A stretch of DNA of 64,000 bases from an uncultured Verrucomicrobiae bacterium (GCA_963762565.1 CAVXLD010000003.1:128001-192000), one strand, 5' to 3'; shown: positions 48,720 through 59,876, numbered from the stretch's first letter. Translations and numbers: made by a program. Notes: generated by a model not told the origin, from the sequence alone.

Positions 48720-50825
48720 TCAACGGCTAGCAGGCTTTCCTTGAACGAGTTCATCGACCAAAGGTTTGGCGTCGTACATTTTGTCGAGTGCTTCGAGGAT
48801 CGCTGCTGAATCGACAGCGACAGATCGGCTTCGTTGGTCGCTGTAAGCAAAATCACCCGCCAACGACTCGATGTTGCCATCGAAGATTAAACCGACGAGT
48901 TCTCCGGCTTCATTTACTACGGGGCTACCGCTATTTCCGCCAACGACATCCGCAGTAGTGACGAAATTGAAGCGGGTCTGGAGATTCAGCTTATCATGCC
49001 GGTCGATCCAGCGTGGGGGGAGATCGAACGGCTCGTGGTTCTGATGATCGTTGGCGCGCTGAAAAAGACCGGCAAAGGTCGTGAAAGCGGGAATGGTTTG
49101 TTCATCTTCCTGGTAACCACTGACTGCGCCGAACGACAGGCGGAGGGTGCTGGTGCCGTCCGGGTAGATCTCATTTCCTTTCAGGGCGAACCTCGCGCGG
49201 GCGATCTGGGCGTAGGCCTGTTGTTCCGCCTCGCCGGTCTCGTCAAAAATACGGCGAAGACGTCGTGAGGTTGGGTCAACCAGAGACGCCAGTTCAATCA
49301 TCGGATCTTGGTAATCCTTCAAGGCGGCGGCGCCTCCTTCGTAGAGTTGGCGCCTAACGGCGACGTCCTTCAGTTTCGTCCCGCTGACTAGCTCGCGGGC
49401 GCGTTCACTGGGAGATTTACCAGCCAAGATTTCCTTTACTAGTGGGTCCTCCGGGCCGAGGCGCGTTGCAAGATCAGTCAGCGAATTCGATAGTTCTAGT
49501 TCTTCGACGTCATCATAGATCGGCGCCGGCGAGAAGAGCTGTAATTCAAGAGGTTGACGATTTGAGTCCCGGAATTCGGCTAACCGTTCTCCATTTGGTT
49601 TTGGATGCTCGACGGCAGCCCGAACCAACGTACGGGCTATCTTGAATAGTCGACTGTCGAATCCTTGTGCTCCCCGGCGCCATTCTCCTTCGAAAAGGAA
49701 GCCGCCAACCAATGCCTTAGCCATTTCAGTCTCGGCTTGTTCGATGCGGTTATATGCCTCCAAGGCGGGCTGCAGCGTGGATTGGGTCTGCAATTGGGTG
49801 CGAAAAGCTCTTTCGTCTTCAACGCGCTCCCCAAAAAATTCGGGAGAGAGTAGAGCCGCCAGCTGACCGTTACCGCGTTTCCGCGAGTTACGAATGCCGA
49901 ACAGATCGCTATCAATCCGGCGTTGATTCTCCAGGGAGTGGGCTCCGAAAGCAGCCAATAACACCTCGCGGCGATAATAAGTCTGCAGCTGTAACGGCAG
50001 CACGCGGTCCCGCAGATTCGTGAGAGCCGAAACGGTCAACTGCCGATTCGTACGTCCCGGATGGCCGGACACGAACACCAGGTCGTTTTCGGCCGGACCC
50101 TGCGGGTTAATCTTCAAATAATTCTCCACATGAGCCGGTTGCCCGTTCTCGTAAGCTCGAAAGAGACAGATATCCAGATCGAAGCGGGGATACTCAAAAT
50201 TATCGGGATCTCCTCCGTAGAACGCGATCCGTTTCTCGGGAGCAAAGACCAGGCGGACATCGGTATAACGCTTGTACCGATAGAGTTGATAACTTCCGCC
50301 TCCATACAGCTTTACCACTTCACTGTAGAGGCCCGTAGCGTTTTGTGACTCCTGTTCGATGTCGGCAATCACGCGGTTCCGGGCGAGAAAGGCCTGACCC
50401 GCGTTCATGGACGGCGTCACGGCAGCGTTAACTCGTTCGGTTACATCCTGAATTGACTGCAGAACATCCAGTTCCAGGTCCGGACACTGTTTCTCCTCGG
50501 ACAACGTGTGGGCGTAGAATCCGTCGGCCAGATAATTATGAGTCGCGTCACTTAGTTTCTGCAGACTGTCAGACCCGACGTGATGGTTGGTCAGGACCAA
50601 GCCATTCTGCGATACAAAGGATCCGCTGGCGCGGCCAACCCGGACGCTGCTCTTTTGGAGATGCTCCAGCCAATCGGCTGTCGGGGTGAAGTGATATTTT
50701 TCTTGGAGTTGCTTAACCGGCAGATTGTTGAAGAGCCAAAGGCCTTCATCCGCGGACAAGCGGCCCGGCAGGAGGACAGTGATTAAGCACAGAAGAAGCC
50801 AAAATCTTGAATCGCGGGTGCGCAT
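48720..50825 (-). CDS. S46 family dipeptidyl-peptidase
   Basis: Signal peptide then DEGLW, SGSFVS..GLVLTNHH, DNFEYPR, GGNSGSPV, GLIFDGN. Confidence 0.93.
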   Translation of the reverse strand: MRTRDSRFWLLLCLITVLLPGRLSADEGLWLFNNLPVKQLQEKYHFTPTADWLEHLQKSSVRVGRASGSFVSQNGLVLTNHHVGSDSLQKLSDATHNYLADGFYAHTLSEEKQCPDLELDVLQSIQDVTERVNAAVTPSMNAGQAFLARNRVIADIEQESQNATGLYSEVVKLYGGGSYQLYRYKRYTDVRLVFAPEKRIAFYGGDPDNFEYPRFDLDICLFRAYENGQPAHVENYLKINPQGPAENDLVFVSGHPGRTNRQLTVSALTNLRDRVLPLQLQTYYRREVLLAAFGAHSLENQRRIDSDLFGIRNSRKRGNGQLAALLSPEFFGERVEDERAFRTQLQTQSTLQPALEAYNRIEQAETEMAKALVGGFLFEGEWRRGAQGFDSRLFKIARTLVRAAVEHPKPNGERLAEFRDSNRQPLELQLFSPAPIYDDVEELELSNSLTDLATRLGPEDPLVKEILAGKSPSERARELVSGTKLKDVAVRRQLYEGGAAALKDYQDPMIELASLVDPTSRRLRRIFDETGEAEQQAYAQIARARFALKGNEIYPDGTSTLRLSFGAVSGYQEDEQTIPAFTTFAGLFQRANDHQNHEPFDLPPRWIDRHDKLNLQTRFNFVTTADVVGGNSGSPVVNEAGELVGLIFDGNIESLAGDFAYSDQRSRSVAVDSAAILEALDKMYDAKPLVDELVQGKPASR

Positions 50826-51011
50826 AGAGTTTCCCAACGTGATTAGCCGCAAAAGAGCACAGCCGGGAGAAAGTGAAAAGGTGAAAGCTGATCGGTGATT
50901 ACTTGCCTGCGGACGTAGCATCAGGTAGCCTACGAGGCGTCGCATGGCAGGCGGCTCTCAGTGAAACGACGCGCCACCCCAATATTCCGAGGACGAGGAC
51001 GAGACAGGCGC

Positions 51012-51926
51012 CTACGACGCTGTACGAGTTGCTCTTTTGCTCAACAACGCAGAACCCGCTTTTGACGCATTCGGTCGACGAATCGCGCTACAGATGAAGT
51101 CACCAATCGCAGCGACTTCATCCAGGTTGATACCCGCCTCAACGCCTAGGCCTTGCAACAAATAGAGCACGTCCTCGGTTGCCACATTGCCAGTAGCGCC
51201 CGGCGCATAGGGACAGCCGCCAAGCCCGGCTACTGAACTATGGAAGATTGCTAAACCCGCATCCAGGCTAGCCAAGATATTCGCCAAAGCTTGACCAAAC
51301 GTATCATGGTAATGGCCAGCCAGTCTGGCGATTGGGAATTCTTGGCTGGCTGCGGGCACTAGTTCTCTAACCCGCCTTACCGTCCCAATGCCGATGGTAT
51401 CTGCTAAATCGATCTCGTCACATCCGAGAGCGGCTAACCGATTTACTACCCGAGTAACCGAACTAATCGGAACATCCCCTTCATAGGGGCAGCCAAAGGA
51501 ACAAGAGATACTGCCACGCAGGCGGACGCCGTTGGGCTTGGCGACGTCTGCAACGGCCGCGTAGCGTTCAAATGACTGATCAATCGTGCAATTAATATTC
51601 TTCTGACAAAAGGTCTCGCTGGCCGCGGTGAAAATTACGACCTCATCTGCCTTAGCCGCGACAGCGTTCCGTGCTCCTTGCAGATTCGGCGCAAGAACCG
51701 AGTAGATAGCCCCAGGTCGCCGCGTAATCCGTTCCATCACTTCAGCAGCGTCCGCCAATTGAGGAACCCATTTCGGGGAAACAAACGAGGTGGCCTCGAT
51801 GTTAGCAAACCCGGCAGCGCTCAGACGGTTGATCAACTCGATTTTAATCTCGGTCGAGATTTCAGATTTCTCGTTCTGCAAGCCGTCCCTTGGACCCACT
51901 TCGACGATTTTGACGGAACTAGTCAT
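51012..51926 (-). CDS. liuE: Hydroxymethylglutaryl-CoA lyase
   Basis: EVGPRDGLQNE, HYHDT, GLGGCPYAPGATGNVATED. Confidence 0.93.
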   Translation of the reverse strand: MTSSVKIVEVGPRDGLQNEKSEISTEIKIELINRLSAAGFANIEATSFVSPKWVPQLADAAEVMERITRRPGAIYSVLAPNLQGARNAVAAKADEVVIFTAASETFCQKNINCTIDQSFERYAAVADVAKPNGVRLRGSISCSFGCPYEGDVPISSVTRVVNRLAALGCDEIDLADTIGIGTVRRVRELVPAASQEFPIARLAGHYHDTFGQALANILASLDAGLAIFHSSVAGLGGCPYAPGATGNVATEDVLYLLQGLGVEAGINLDEVAAIGDFICSAIRRPNASKAGSALLSKRATRTAS

Positions 51927-51944
51927 GGAAGCCACAGATTTAAA

Positions 51945-52250
51945 TTATCCGCAGATTACGCAGATTTCGGTATTAGGAGGTGCCAAGCGGTGGAGCGTGC
52001 CTCGCTTGCGAGGCCGTGGGTGAGCAACGCACAATCGAGAACTGCCTTCCATCGCTATCTGCACTCTATAACGCGATTTTCGCCTCTGCACAGAAACAAG
52101 AGCGCAGCCCGATGAAGCGCCTTCCAAACCGTCCGCCCTGATTACCACGGCCTCGCAAGCGAGGCACGCTCCACGGGCGGTACCGCCTCAAAACGTAATC
52201 CGCCTCCGCAAAGTCTACGGCGCGACAGGTCCTGCGTAATCTGCGGATCA
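51945..52250. repeat. Family D inverted pair inside CGCAGAT-type ends
   Basis: gtggagcgtgcctcgcttgcgaggccgtgg ... ccacggcctcgcaagcgaggcacgctccac. Confidence 0.85.
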
Positions 52251-52251
52251 C

Positions 52252-54294
52252 TTAGTCAGGTTTTTTGGGCGTGAAGTGGAGGAGTTGGGCACCCTCGGGG
52301 ACTTGGTCGGCGACATTGACTAATACTTGATCGACGCGGCCGTCAACCAAAGCAACGATGGTGTGTTCCATTTTCATTGCTTCCATTACCACTAAGGGAG
52401 TCCCTTTCGTGACTGTCTGGCCTTCCTGCACTAGCACCGCCACAATACGACCCGGCATCGGAGCAGTCAGTTGAGTCTCTGGCGGACCGAGCAGTACGTC
52501 GTAGGCAAGAGGATCGATCAGAGTGAGAGTCACATGCTCGCCATCGGCCGACAGATCGAAGATATTGTTTTTTTGATAAACCCGGCCGGTTGATCGGCGG
52601 TCACCGATTAAAACGACTAAGCGGCCGTCGTGATACTCTTGAATTTCGAAGTGGTCGGACTCTCCGTTTGCTTCCAGGTGGAATCGTGCGGGCTTCGCAG
52701 TTGCGGTTGGATAGGTCAGGACTGCATCCACAGTTTGGTTGCTGGCCGACCACGATAGACGCCGAGTATAGGTAGCGTTCAGACGCCAACCTGACGTCGT
52801 AGCCCAGGGCGAATAAAGATCGCCGTTCTCAATACGACGGTCTTGTTCTTCGCCTTTTAGCAAAGCGGCTGTAGCCAGCACAACGTAAGGAAACCGGATC
52901 ACTTCATCAGAAGTTAACAAAAAGCTTTCGTTCCGCGCAATCAAACCGGTGTCGAGATTAGCGGTACTGAAATCCGGCAAACGACTTAGCCGGCGCAAGA
53001 ACGGTAGGTTTGTCTCTAATCCCAGCACAACAGAATCATCGAGCGCGTCGTGCAAACGGGTAACTGCTTCCGCTCGATCTTTGCCCCACACGACGAGCTT
53101 GGCCAAAAGCGGATCGTAATAGGGAGTGACGGTGTCGCCTTTGCGCACCCCAGCGTCAAGGCGAATTGGAGCCATCTCCGGAGACGAAGGTACTTTAAAA
53201 TGGACGGCTTCCGGAGTTTTGAATACCTCCAAGGTACCGGTTGAGGGTAGGAAGCCTGAGCTCGGTTTCTCGGCGTAGATACGGGCCTCGATGGCGTGGC
53301 CCCGAAATTGAAGTTGAGCTTGCGGCTGAGGTAGGGGAGCTCCGGCTGCCACCAGGAGTTGCCATTCGACCAGGTCTTGGGCGGTGATCATCTCCGTCAC
53401 AGGATGTTCGACCTGCAATCGGGTGTTCATTTCCAGGAAATAGAACTTAGAGTCCCGATCGAACAGGAACTCGATAGTTCCCGCACCTGTATAGTTAACT
53501 GCGCGAGCTGCAGCCACAGCGGTTTCGCCGATCAACCGGCGTTGGGATTCGGTGAGCCCAGGGGCGGGTGATTCTTCAATGATCTTTTGATGGCGCCGTT
53601 GAACGGAACAATCTCTCTCGAAGAGGTAGACACAATTACCGCGCGTATCGGCAAAGACCTGTACCTCGATGTGGCGTGGCCGGTCGAGATACTTCTCGAT
53701 CAGGATGCTATCGTCTCCAAAACTGTTCTTAGCTTCACGGCGGCAAGCAGCCAACAGATCGTCGAACTCTGCGGTTCCGTGAACCACCCGCATCCCTTTG
53801 CCACCGCCGCCTGCCCGCGCTTTCAGCATGACGGGGTATCCGATCACCTCGGCTTGAGAGCGCAGGAAAGTGGGTGCTTGATTTTCACCGTGATAACCTG
53901 GGAGAACAGGAACCCCCGCCTTGGTCATCATTGATTTAGCGGTGCTTTTGTCGCCCATGGCGTGGATGGCAGCCGCTGGTGGCCCCACAAAAACGAGCCC
54001 AGAAGCAACGCAGGCCTCGGCGAACTCCGCGTTCTCTGCCAGGAAGCCGTAACCGGGGTGGATCGCTTCGGCTCGGCTCTCGCGGGCAGCTCTTAGGATA
54101 GATGGGATCGAAAGATAACTTTCGCTGGCGGTTGTGCCGCCAATGCCAAACGCTTCGTCGCAGACGCTGACGTGTTTGGAGTTCTTGTCGACATCCGAAT
54201 AAACGGCAACCGTCCGAATACCGAGCCTGGAGGCAGTTGCCGCGATGCGGCAAGCGATCTCGCCTCGATTAGCAATCAGGATTTTGCGGAACAT
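52252..54294 (-). CDS. liuD: 3-methylcrotonyl-CoA carboxylase alpha (biotin carboxylase plus carrier)
   Basis: ANRGEIA, HPGYGFL, GGGGKGMR, RDCSVQRR, EMNTRLQVEH, EAMKM biotin site. Confidence 0.92.
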   Translation of the reverse strand: MFRKILIANRGEIACRIAATASRLGIRTVAVYSDVDKNSKHVSVCDEAFGIGGTTASESYLSIPSILRAARESRAEAIHPGYGFLAENAEFAEACVASGLVFVGPPAAAIHAMGDKSTAKSMMTKAGVPVLPGYHGENQAPTFLRSQAEVIGYPVMLKARAGGGGKGMRVVHGTAEFDDLLAACRREAKNSFGDDSILIEKYLDRPRHIEVQVFADTRGNCVYLFERDCSVQRRHQKIIEESPAPGLTESQRRLIGETAVAAARAVNYTGAGTIEFLFDRDSKFYFLEMNTRLQVEHPVTEMITAQDLVEWQLLVAAGAPLPQPQAQLQFRGHAIEARIYAEKPSSGFLPSTGTLEVFKTPEAVHFKVPSSPEMAPIRLDAGVRKGDTVTPYYDPLLAKLVVWGKDRAEAVTRLHDALDDSVVLGLETNLPFLRRLSRLPDFSTANLDTGLIARNESFLLTSDEVIRFPYVVLATAALLKGEEQDRRIENGDLYSPWATTSGWRLNATYTRRLSWSASNQTVDAVLTYPTATAKPARFHLEANGESDHFEIQEYHDGRLVVLIGDRRSTGRVYQKNNIFDLSADGEHVTLTLIDPLAYDVLLGPPETQLTAPMPGRIVAVLVQEGQTVTKGTPLVVMEAMKMEHTIVALVDGRVDQVLVNVADQVPEGAQLLHFTPKKPD

Positions 54295-54304
54295 TGGACG
54301 GTGA

Positions 54305-54433
54305 GGGAGGGCGCGCGTCCTCGCGCGCTGTGAAGCTGGTGCATGCTGCTAGAGGTCGATGGGTCCTGGGCTAGGAACAGGCAACGCTCTGGGAACGATC
54401 CGGCGGCTGCCGGACGAGGACGCGATCACTCCC
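54305..54433 (+). repeat. Family A element (degenerate right end)
   Basis: GGGAGGGCGCGCGTCCTCGCGCGC ... CGAGGACGCGATCACTCCC. Confidence 0.75.
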
Positions 54434-54459
54434 CGGACGAATCTGTCATCTGTCATTTG

Positions 54460-55257
54460 TTATTTGTCATTCTGTTGAGTCTTGACCCAACTGGGGCGCC
54501 GTTTTTCTAGAAAGGCTTGGACGCCTTCGCGAGCCTCTTCGGAGCCACGCAGTCGCGCGATTCGCTCGGCGGTATCGACAGCGAGCTTTTCCGATAGCAA
54601 ATCGATGTCTTGGATCAGCCGTTTCGATTGGATCACGGCTTGTGGGCCGTTTTGCGTGATCTGAGTGACGATCGAGTTGAGTCTCGCATCCAAGACATCC
54701 GGAGTGACAACCTCATGTACCAAGCCAATCCGACACGCTTCTTGAGCAGTAAATCTTTCGCCGGTGACAAAATAACGACGGGCAGCGCGGCTACCAATTG
54801 CTTGAATCACGAAAGGGCTGATCACCGCCGGCATCAGACCAAGCTTCACCTCGGAAAACCCAAAGCTGGCCTTGCTACTAGCGATGGCGATATCCGCAAC
54901 CGCAATTAGTCCGAGTCCGCCTCCATAAGCATCTCCTTGCACCCGCGCAATAACCGGCTTCGGACAATGGTAGAGCGTGCGTAACATGGTGGCGAGGCGA
55001 TAGGCGTCCGCGAAGTTCTCTTGGTAAGGAATCTCCGCCATTCGCTTCATCCAGCTCAGATCCGCACCCGCACAGAAAGTGGTGCCGGAACCAGTTAGCA
55101 CGATCACCCGCACCTCATCGCGATCCCCAAACATGCGGAAGCTGTGCTCTAATTCTTTGATTGCTGTCTCGTTAAAGGCGTTGTGCACTCTAGGGCGATT
55201 CAGTGTGACGGTGGCGACTGCACCGGAGATAGTGACATCTAAGGTATGCCAATTCAT
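54460..55257 (-). CDS. liuC: Methylglutaconyl-CoA hydratase (crotonase family)
   Basis: FCAGADL, YGGGLGL, SEVKLGLMPAVISP; liu context. Confidence 0.88.
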   Translation of the reverse strand: MNWHTLDVTISGAVATVTLNRPRVHNAFNETAIKELEHSFRMFGDRDEVRVIVLTGSGTTFCAGADLSWMKRMAEIPYQENFADAYRLATMLRTLYHCPKPVIARVQGDAYGGGLGLIAVADIAIASSKASFGFSEVKLGLMPAVISPFVIQAIGSRAARRYFVTGERFTAQEACRIGLVHEVVTPDVLDARLNSIVTQITQNGPQAVIQSKRLIQDIDLLSEKLAVDTAERIARLRGSEEAREGVQAFLEKRRPSWVKTQQNDK

Positions 55258-55295
55258 GAGAGCTCCTGAAGGGTTGGGGGTGAACCTAGCCTGCA

Positions 55296-55413
55296 GAAAA
55301 CATTAATTTCACCACAGAGACACAGAGACCACGGAGAGAAAGAGAAAAAAAGAGAAAAGAACTCTTATTCCGGTCTTTGTGAACTCTGTGTCTCCGTGGT
55401 GAAATAATGTTTT
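55296..55413. repeat. CACAGAGA-type foldback
   Basis: gaaaacattaatttcaccacagagacacagag ... ctctgtgtctccgtggtgaaataatgttttc. Confidence 0.8.
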
Positions 55414-55426
55414 CCTCCGCGAAGCC

Positions 55427-57034
55427 TCACATGCGGAAAAGACTGAAGCGGGGTTCCGGAATGGTAGCATTTAGGGCGGCGGATATGCCGAGGCCTAGCA
55501 CGAGCCGGGTATCAAGGGGATCGATGATTCCGTCGTCCCAAAGCCGCGCGCTGGCGTAGTAAGGATGGCCTTGCCGTTCGTACTGCTCCCGGATCGGCGC
55601 CTTAAATTCCGTCTCTTCATCTGCGGTCCATTGACCTCCCTTAGCCTCGATAGCGTCACGTTTGACCCTCGCCAAAACGGTCGCCGCCTGTTCTCCTCCC
55701 ATCACTGAGATCCGAGCGTTCGGCCACATCCAAAGGAACCGAGGTGAATAGGCGCGTCCACACATCCCGTAGTTCCCGGCTCCGAACGAACCGCCGACAA
55801 TCACCGTAAATTTCGGTACTTGGGCGGTGGCTACCGCGGTGACCATCTTCGCGCCGTGCCGGGCAATGCCTTCGTTCTCATATTTTTTACCGACCATAAA
55901 CCCGGCAATGTTTTGGAGGAAGACAAGCGGGACACGTCGTTGGCAGCAGAGCTCGATGAAATGAGCGCCTTTTTGCGCGGATTCAGAGAAAAGAATCCCA
56001 TTGTTTGCAAGCACGCCGACTGGGTAACCCCAAACGTGAGTGAACCCGCAAACTAATGTGGCGCCGTATAAGGCTTTAAACTCATCAAACTCAGATCCAT
56101 CGACGATCCGGAGGATCAATTCACGGACATCATACGGTTTGCGCGAGTCCGCCGGAATGACGCCGTAAAGCTCTGCCGGATCGGCGCCGGGTTCTCGAGG
56201 AGGGCGGCATTCGAGTTGAGCTGTTTTTCGGTGGTTCAAGTTACCGACGATATTGCGGGCTATAGCCAGCGCGTGGGAATCATCTTGAGCGAGATGATCG
56301 GCCACGCCGGATAATCGCGCGTGAACGTCGCCGCCGCCAAGCTCCTCGGCGGTGACCTCTTCGCCAATGGCGGCTTTTACCAGCGGCGGGCCTCCTAGAA
56401 AGATGGTGCCCTGGTTCTTAACAATGATCGACTCATCACACATGGCCGGCACATAAGCGCCGCCCGCCGTACAGGAGCCCATTACCAGAGCGATTTGCGG
56501 AATTCCTTGAGCCGACAGGTTCGCTTGGTTGTAAAAGATCCTTCCGAAATGGTCTCGATCCGGAAACACTTCGTCTTGGTTCGGGAGATTGGCGCCGCCG
56601 GAGTCGACCAGATATACGCAGGGAAGACGATTCTGTTCTGCGATTTCCTGGGCGCGCAAATGTTTTTTGACGGAGATCGGATAATACGTGCCGCCTTTCA
56701 CCGTCGCATCGTTACAAACAATAACGCATTCTTTCCCCGAGATACGGCCGATCCCTGTGATCACGCCGGCGCCGGGCGCGGCATCGTGGTACATTCCGTA
56801 AGCGGCCAATTGCGAGAGTTCGAGAAACGGAGTTCCGGGGTCGAGCAATCGTTGAACGCGCTCTCTGGGGAGTAGCTTACCCCGACCCAAGTGTTTTCGG
56901 CGTGCTTCTTCGCCGCCGCCCTCAGCCAGCTTTTTTGCGATGACTCGCAGATCGTCGACGGCTGATTGCATAGCCGCCGCGTTTGCTTTGAATTCGTCAG
57001 AGGTCGGATTGAGTTTAGACTTTAGGGTGGCCAT
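55427..57034 (-). CDS. liuB: 3-methylcrotonyl-CoA carboxylase beta (carboxyltransferase)
   Basis: [46 protein letters not shown]. Confidence 0.95.
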   Translation of the reverse strand: MATLKSKLNPTSDEFKANAAAMQSAVDDLRVIAKKLAEGGGEEARRKHLGRGKLLPRERVQRLLDPGTPFLELSQLAAYGMYHDAAPGAGVITGIGRISGKECVIVCNDATVKGGTYYPISVKKHLRAQEIAEQNRLPCVYLVDSGGANLPNQDEVFPDRDHFGRIFYNQANLSAQGIPQIALVMGSCTAGGAYVPAMCDESIIVKNQGTIFLGGPPLVKAAIGEEVTAEELGGGDVHARLSGVADHLAQDDSHALAIARNIVGNLNHRKTAQLECRPPREPGADPAELYGVIPADSRKPYDVRELILRIVDGSEFDEFKALYGATLVCGFTHVWGYPVGVLANNGILFSESAQKGAHFIELCCQRRVPLVFLQNIAGFMVGKKYENEGIARHGAKMVTAVATAQVPKFTVIVGGSFGAGNYGMCGRAYSPRFLWMWPNARISVMGGEQAATVLARVKRDAIEAKGGQWTADEETEFKAPIREQYERQGHPYYASARLWDDGIIDPLDTRLVLGLGISAALNATIPEPRFSLFRM

Positions 57035-57315
57035 CTGTCGGCGGAGGGGAGTGGTTAAGCGTTTCGGTAGATTAAGTAACCGCTTCCGGTTCAAAGTTCA
57101 CGTTGGGATTTTTTGGGGGGGCGACGCTCGCCGGGCGGTGTTGATAGACCGGGAGACTGGGTGTGCGCTGGGCGGTGCGCGCAGATAGGACCTATAGGAC
57201 CAATGGGACTTATAAGGGAAACTCATAGGTCGCATGAGTCACATAGAGCCTGCCGGGCCGCAGGACATTCGGCCTGGCGCGCGATCTCCATCTGACAAAT
57301 AATCTGCTTTTCACC

Positions 57316-58122
57316 ATGATTGATCGACGCGAAATCGACGTACTGCGATCGCTTCTAGAATCCAATGCGGAAACGACGTCAACCGACCTAATCGAACGAT
57401 TTGGTGGTGACACGGCCAGCTTGCAGAGCGTGATTGAGTCGCTCGAGCGCGACGGTTATTGCTTTGAACAGAAGGCTGGAACCATTCGACTTTTGTCCGA
57501 GCCGGACGCGGTTCGGCCGCAAAGCGTTGGAGCACGACTGACGACGCATACGATTGGACGCGAGGTCTACGTCTTTCGGGAAACGAGATCGACCAATGAT
57601 TTGGCGCGGCAGGCCGGCGTCGGCAAAGCCAGCGAAGGGGTAGTCTTCTTTGCAGAACAACAAACGGCGGGGCGGGGAACGCACGGACGCAATTGGGTGT
57701 CTCAGGGTAATCAAGGTCTTTGGTTTTCAATCTTGCTGCGATCGACATTGCCGGTTGAGCGATGGCCGGTTTTGGTCCAAATGGCGGCATTGGCCGCCGC
57801 TGAAGCTGCCGAAACCTGGATTGATGACCCGATCGCTATTAAGCCACCTAATGACTTGGTGTTAGGCGGCGGCAAACTGGCTGGGTTTCTATTGGAAACA
57901 TGCAACGCCTGGAATTTTCAAGTGCTGGGTATTGGGATGAATGTCCGTTCGGCGCCCCAAATCGAAGGGTACCCGACATCCGCTTTGGACGATTTCGCCA
58001 GAAAGCGGGTTCCCTTGTCCGAACTGGCGGCGGGAATCCTAAACCGATTTGAAGACTGGTACTTGCGGAAGACGGTCGAGTGGGTGGCGGAAGCGGTCGC
58101 AAATAGCAAATTTCCGCTGTAG
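57316..58122 (+). CDS. birA: Biotin protein ligase with N-terminal HTH-like domain; C-terminal domain apparently absent
   Basis: STND, AEQQTAGRG..GRNW, KPPND, KLAG, LGIGMNV. Confidence 0.85.
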   Translation: MIDRREIDVLRSLLESNAETTSTDLIERFGGDTASLQSVIESLERDGYCFEQKAGTIRLLSEPDAVRPQSVGARLTTHTIGREVYVFRETRSTNDLARQAGVGKASEGVVFFAEQQTAGRGTHGRNWVSQGNQGLWFSILLRSTLPVERWPVLVQMAALAAAEAAETWIDDPIAIKPPNDLVLGGGKLAGFLLETCNAWNFQVLGIGMNVRSAPQIEGYPTSALDDFARKRVPLSELAAGILNRFEDWYLRKTVEWVAEAVANSKFPL

Positions 58123-58159
58123 TCCATGCTGGCCTACGGGCTTTTTTTAGGGGCTAGGG

Positions 58160-58479
58160 GGGCGAAGCGGCGAGTGGGCGAAAGGGCGAAACGGCGAAGG
58201 GGCGAAAGACGCGGGCCGGTAGGGCGAAAATCTCGGCGCGCCGTGGGTTCGACCATTCAGGGTACGTCTATGCGCGCCGGATTTGAGCCGCGCCGTGCGG
58301 TTGCCACCTCGCTGGCTCGATCGTCCTGAGAACGGATGCGTGTTGGACGTTGCAGCGCGCACGCATGGCTCAAATCCGGCGCGTAAACATCAATAGAAAT
58401 GGCTTGTCATGGGCGCGCCGAGATTTTCGCCCTACCGGCCCTTCGCCACTCGCCCATTCGCCGTTTCGCCCTTTCGCCG
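58160..58479. repeat. About 320-bp foldback: GGCGAAnn octamers plus GTAG REP doublet plus inner pair
   Basis: ggccggtagggcgaaaatctcggcgcgcc ... ggcgcgccgagattttcgccctaccggcc; inner cgcgccggatttgagcc/ggctcaaatccggcgcg. Confidence 0.88.
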
Positions 58480-58488
58480 AGACCTTCC

Positions 58489-59385
58489 TCACCTCCGCTC
58501 GACTCGCTGGGTGAGGTCTCCCTTGGCCGAGGCCAGTTGTTCGAGCAGCTTTTTACCGTGGCCGGAGGCTCGGAAAAGCGAAAGCCGATGCCGGGCGATA
58601 TCGCGCAACTTGTTGGTGACGTATCGTAGGATTTGTTGATGGCGTGGTTCCCAGTCTGTCGGTAGCTTGGCCGCTTCTTCTAAGCCTTCCACAAAGCCAC
58701 GGATCAGAGCAGCTCCGATATTGACTTTGTAAACATTCAATTCGGTTGCGACCTTGATATCATCGGGGTGAATGCCGCTGCCGCCGTGCAAAACCAAAGG
58801 GATACGGGTGGCCTGGGCGATATTGGTCAACAGATCGAGATCGAGCCGGCTTTGTTGGCCGTGCATCGATCCCACTGAGACCGCCAGGGTATCGGCGCCG
58901 CCCTTCTGCACCATCTCAGCCGTGTCGTGGGCAGCCGCGGTGACGGCGCGTCCGCCCTGATATTCGCCGCCGAACTGGCCAATCTCGGTCTCCAGAATCG
59001 CCCCAACCGCGTGAGCTGCCTCGGCAAAACGGGCAGTGCCGGCAATGTTCTCGGCCAAAGGCAAATGGCCGCCATCATACATCACGGAGTGATATCCACG
59101 GCGTAAGGTCCGAAAAATGTTCTCGTCTTTTCCGGGATGATCCTGGTGCATCAAGACGGGTGCAGCCGCTTTCTCGGCCAGGGTACGAATAATAGCCGAT
59201 AGCTCATCAATTCCGCCGTAATCGAAGTTAATAAAATCGGTTTGAACCATTACCGGAGCACTCTCCAGCTCGGCTGCTTCGATCACCGCTCGCGCCATTT
59301 CGAGGTTGCTCACATTGAACGATGGGACCGCGAACCGGTTTTCAAACACGTAGGCGAGAAACAAGCGAGGTTTAGTAACGAACAT
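58489..59385 (-). CDS. Class II fructose/tagatose-bisphosphate aldolase
   Basis: AVPSFN, HQDH, SVMYDG, GSMHG, LVLHGGSG, KVNI; ATG at 59385. Confidence 0.9.
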   Translation of the reverse strand: MFVTKPRLFLAYVFENRFAVPSFNVSNLEMARAVIEAAELESAPVMVQTDFINFDYGGIDELSAIIRTLAEKAAAPVLMHQDHPGKDENIFRTLRRGYHSVMYDGGHLPLAENIAGTARFAEAAHAVGAILETEIGQFGGEYQGGRAVTAAAHDTAEMVQKGGADTLAVSVGSMHGQQSRLDLDLLTNIAQATRIPLVLHGGSGIHPDDIKVATELNVYKVNIGAALIRGFVEGLEEAAKLPTDWEPRHQQILRYVTNKLRDIARHRLSLFRASGHGKKLLEQLASAKGDLTQRVERR

Positions 59386-59440
59386 ATATTGCGCTGGAGA
59401 TTCTTTGTTTCTGGCCGGTTTGCAAGCGGTTTCCTCGAGA

Positions 59441-59490
59441 GGCGTTCGGCGTTTGGCGTTCGGCGTTCGGCGTTTGGTGGTTGGCGGTTC
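59441..59490. repeat. GGCGTTY heptamer array
   Basis: ggcgttc ggcgttt ggcgttc ggcgttc ggcgttt. Confidence 0.8.
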
Positions 59491-59876
59491 GCAGTTTCGT
59501 AAATTTTCACGAATTCCCGTTGCTTCAGGTGAAGAATTGTCGTTCGAGATACTGCTCGTTAAATCCACATGTGATTGCTTATCAGAAACTTGGGATCTTC
59601 ATCCGACTTGGGCATGCCTTGTGCATTACCTGGTCGGATGCGAGGACTTAATCTTATGAACACACTACTCGACAGGAAATCTCAATCCATTCGGGGTCGT
59701 GATTCGAGCTACGCGGGACGTGGCGGTGTCGGGAAAGCATTTGTTAGCGCTGATAGACGAGGGGCCCGCCATGTGAGTTATCTTTGCTCACCATCGGCCT
59801 CGCAAGCGAGGCAGCGCTCCACGAGGCCCGTTTTGCCAATCACCAATCACTAATCACCTTCATTTCTCCTCTCCCT

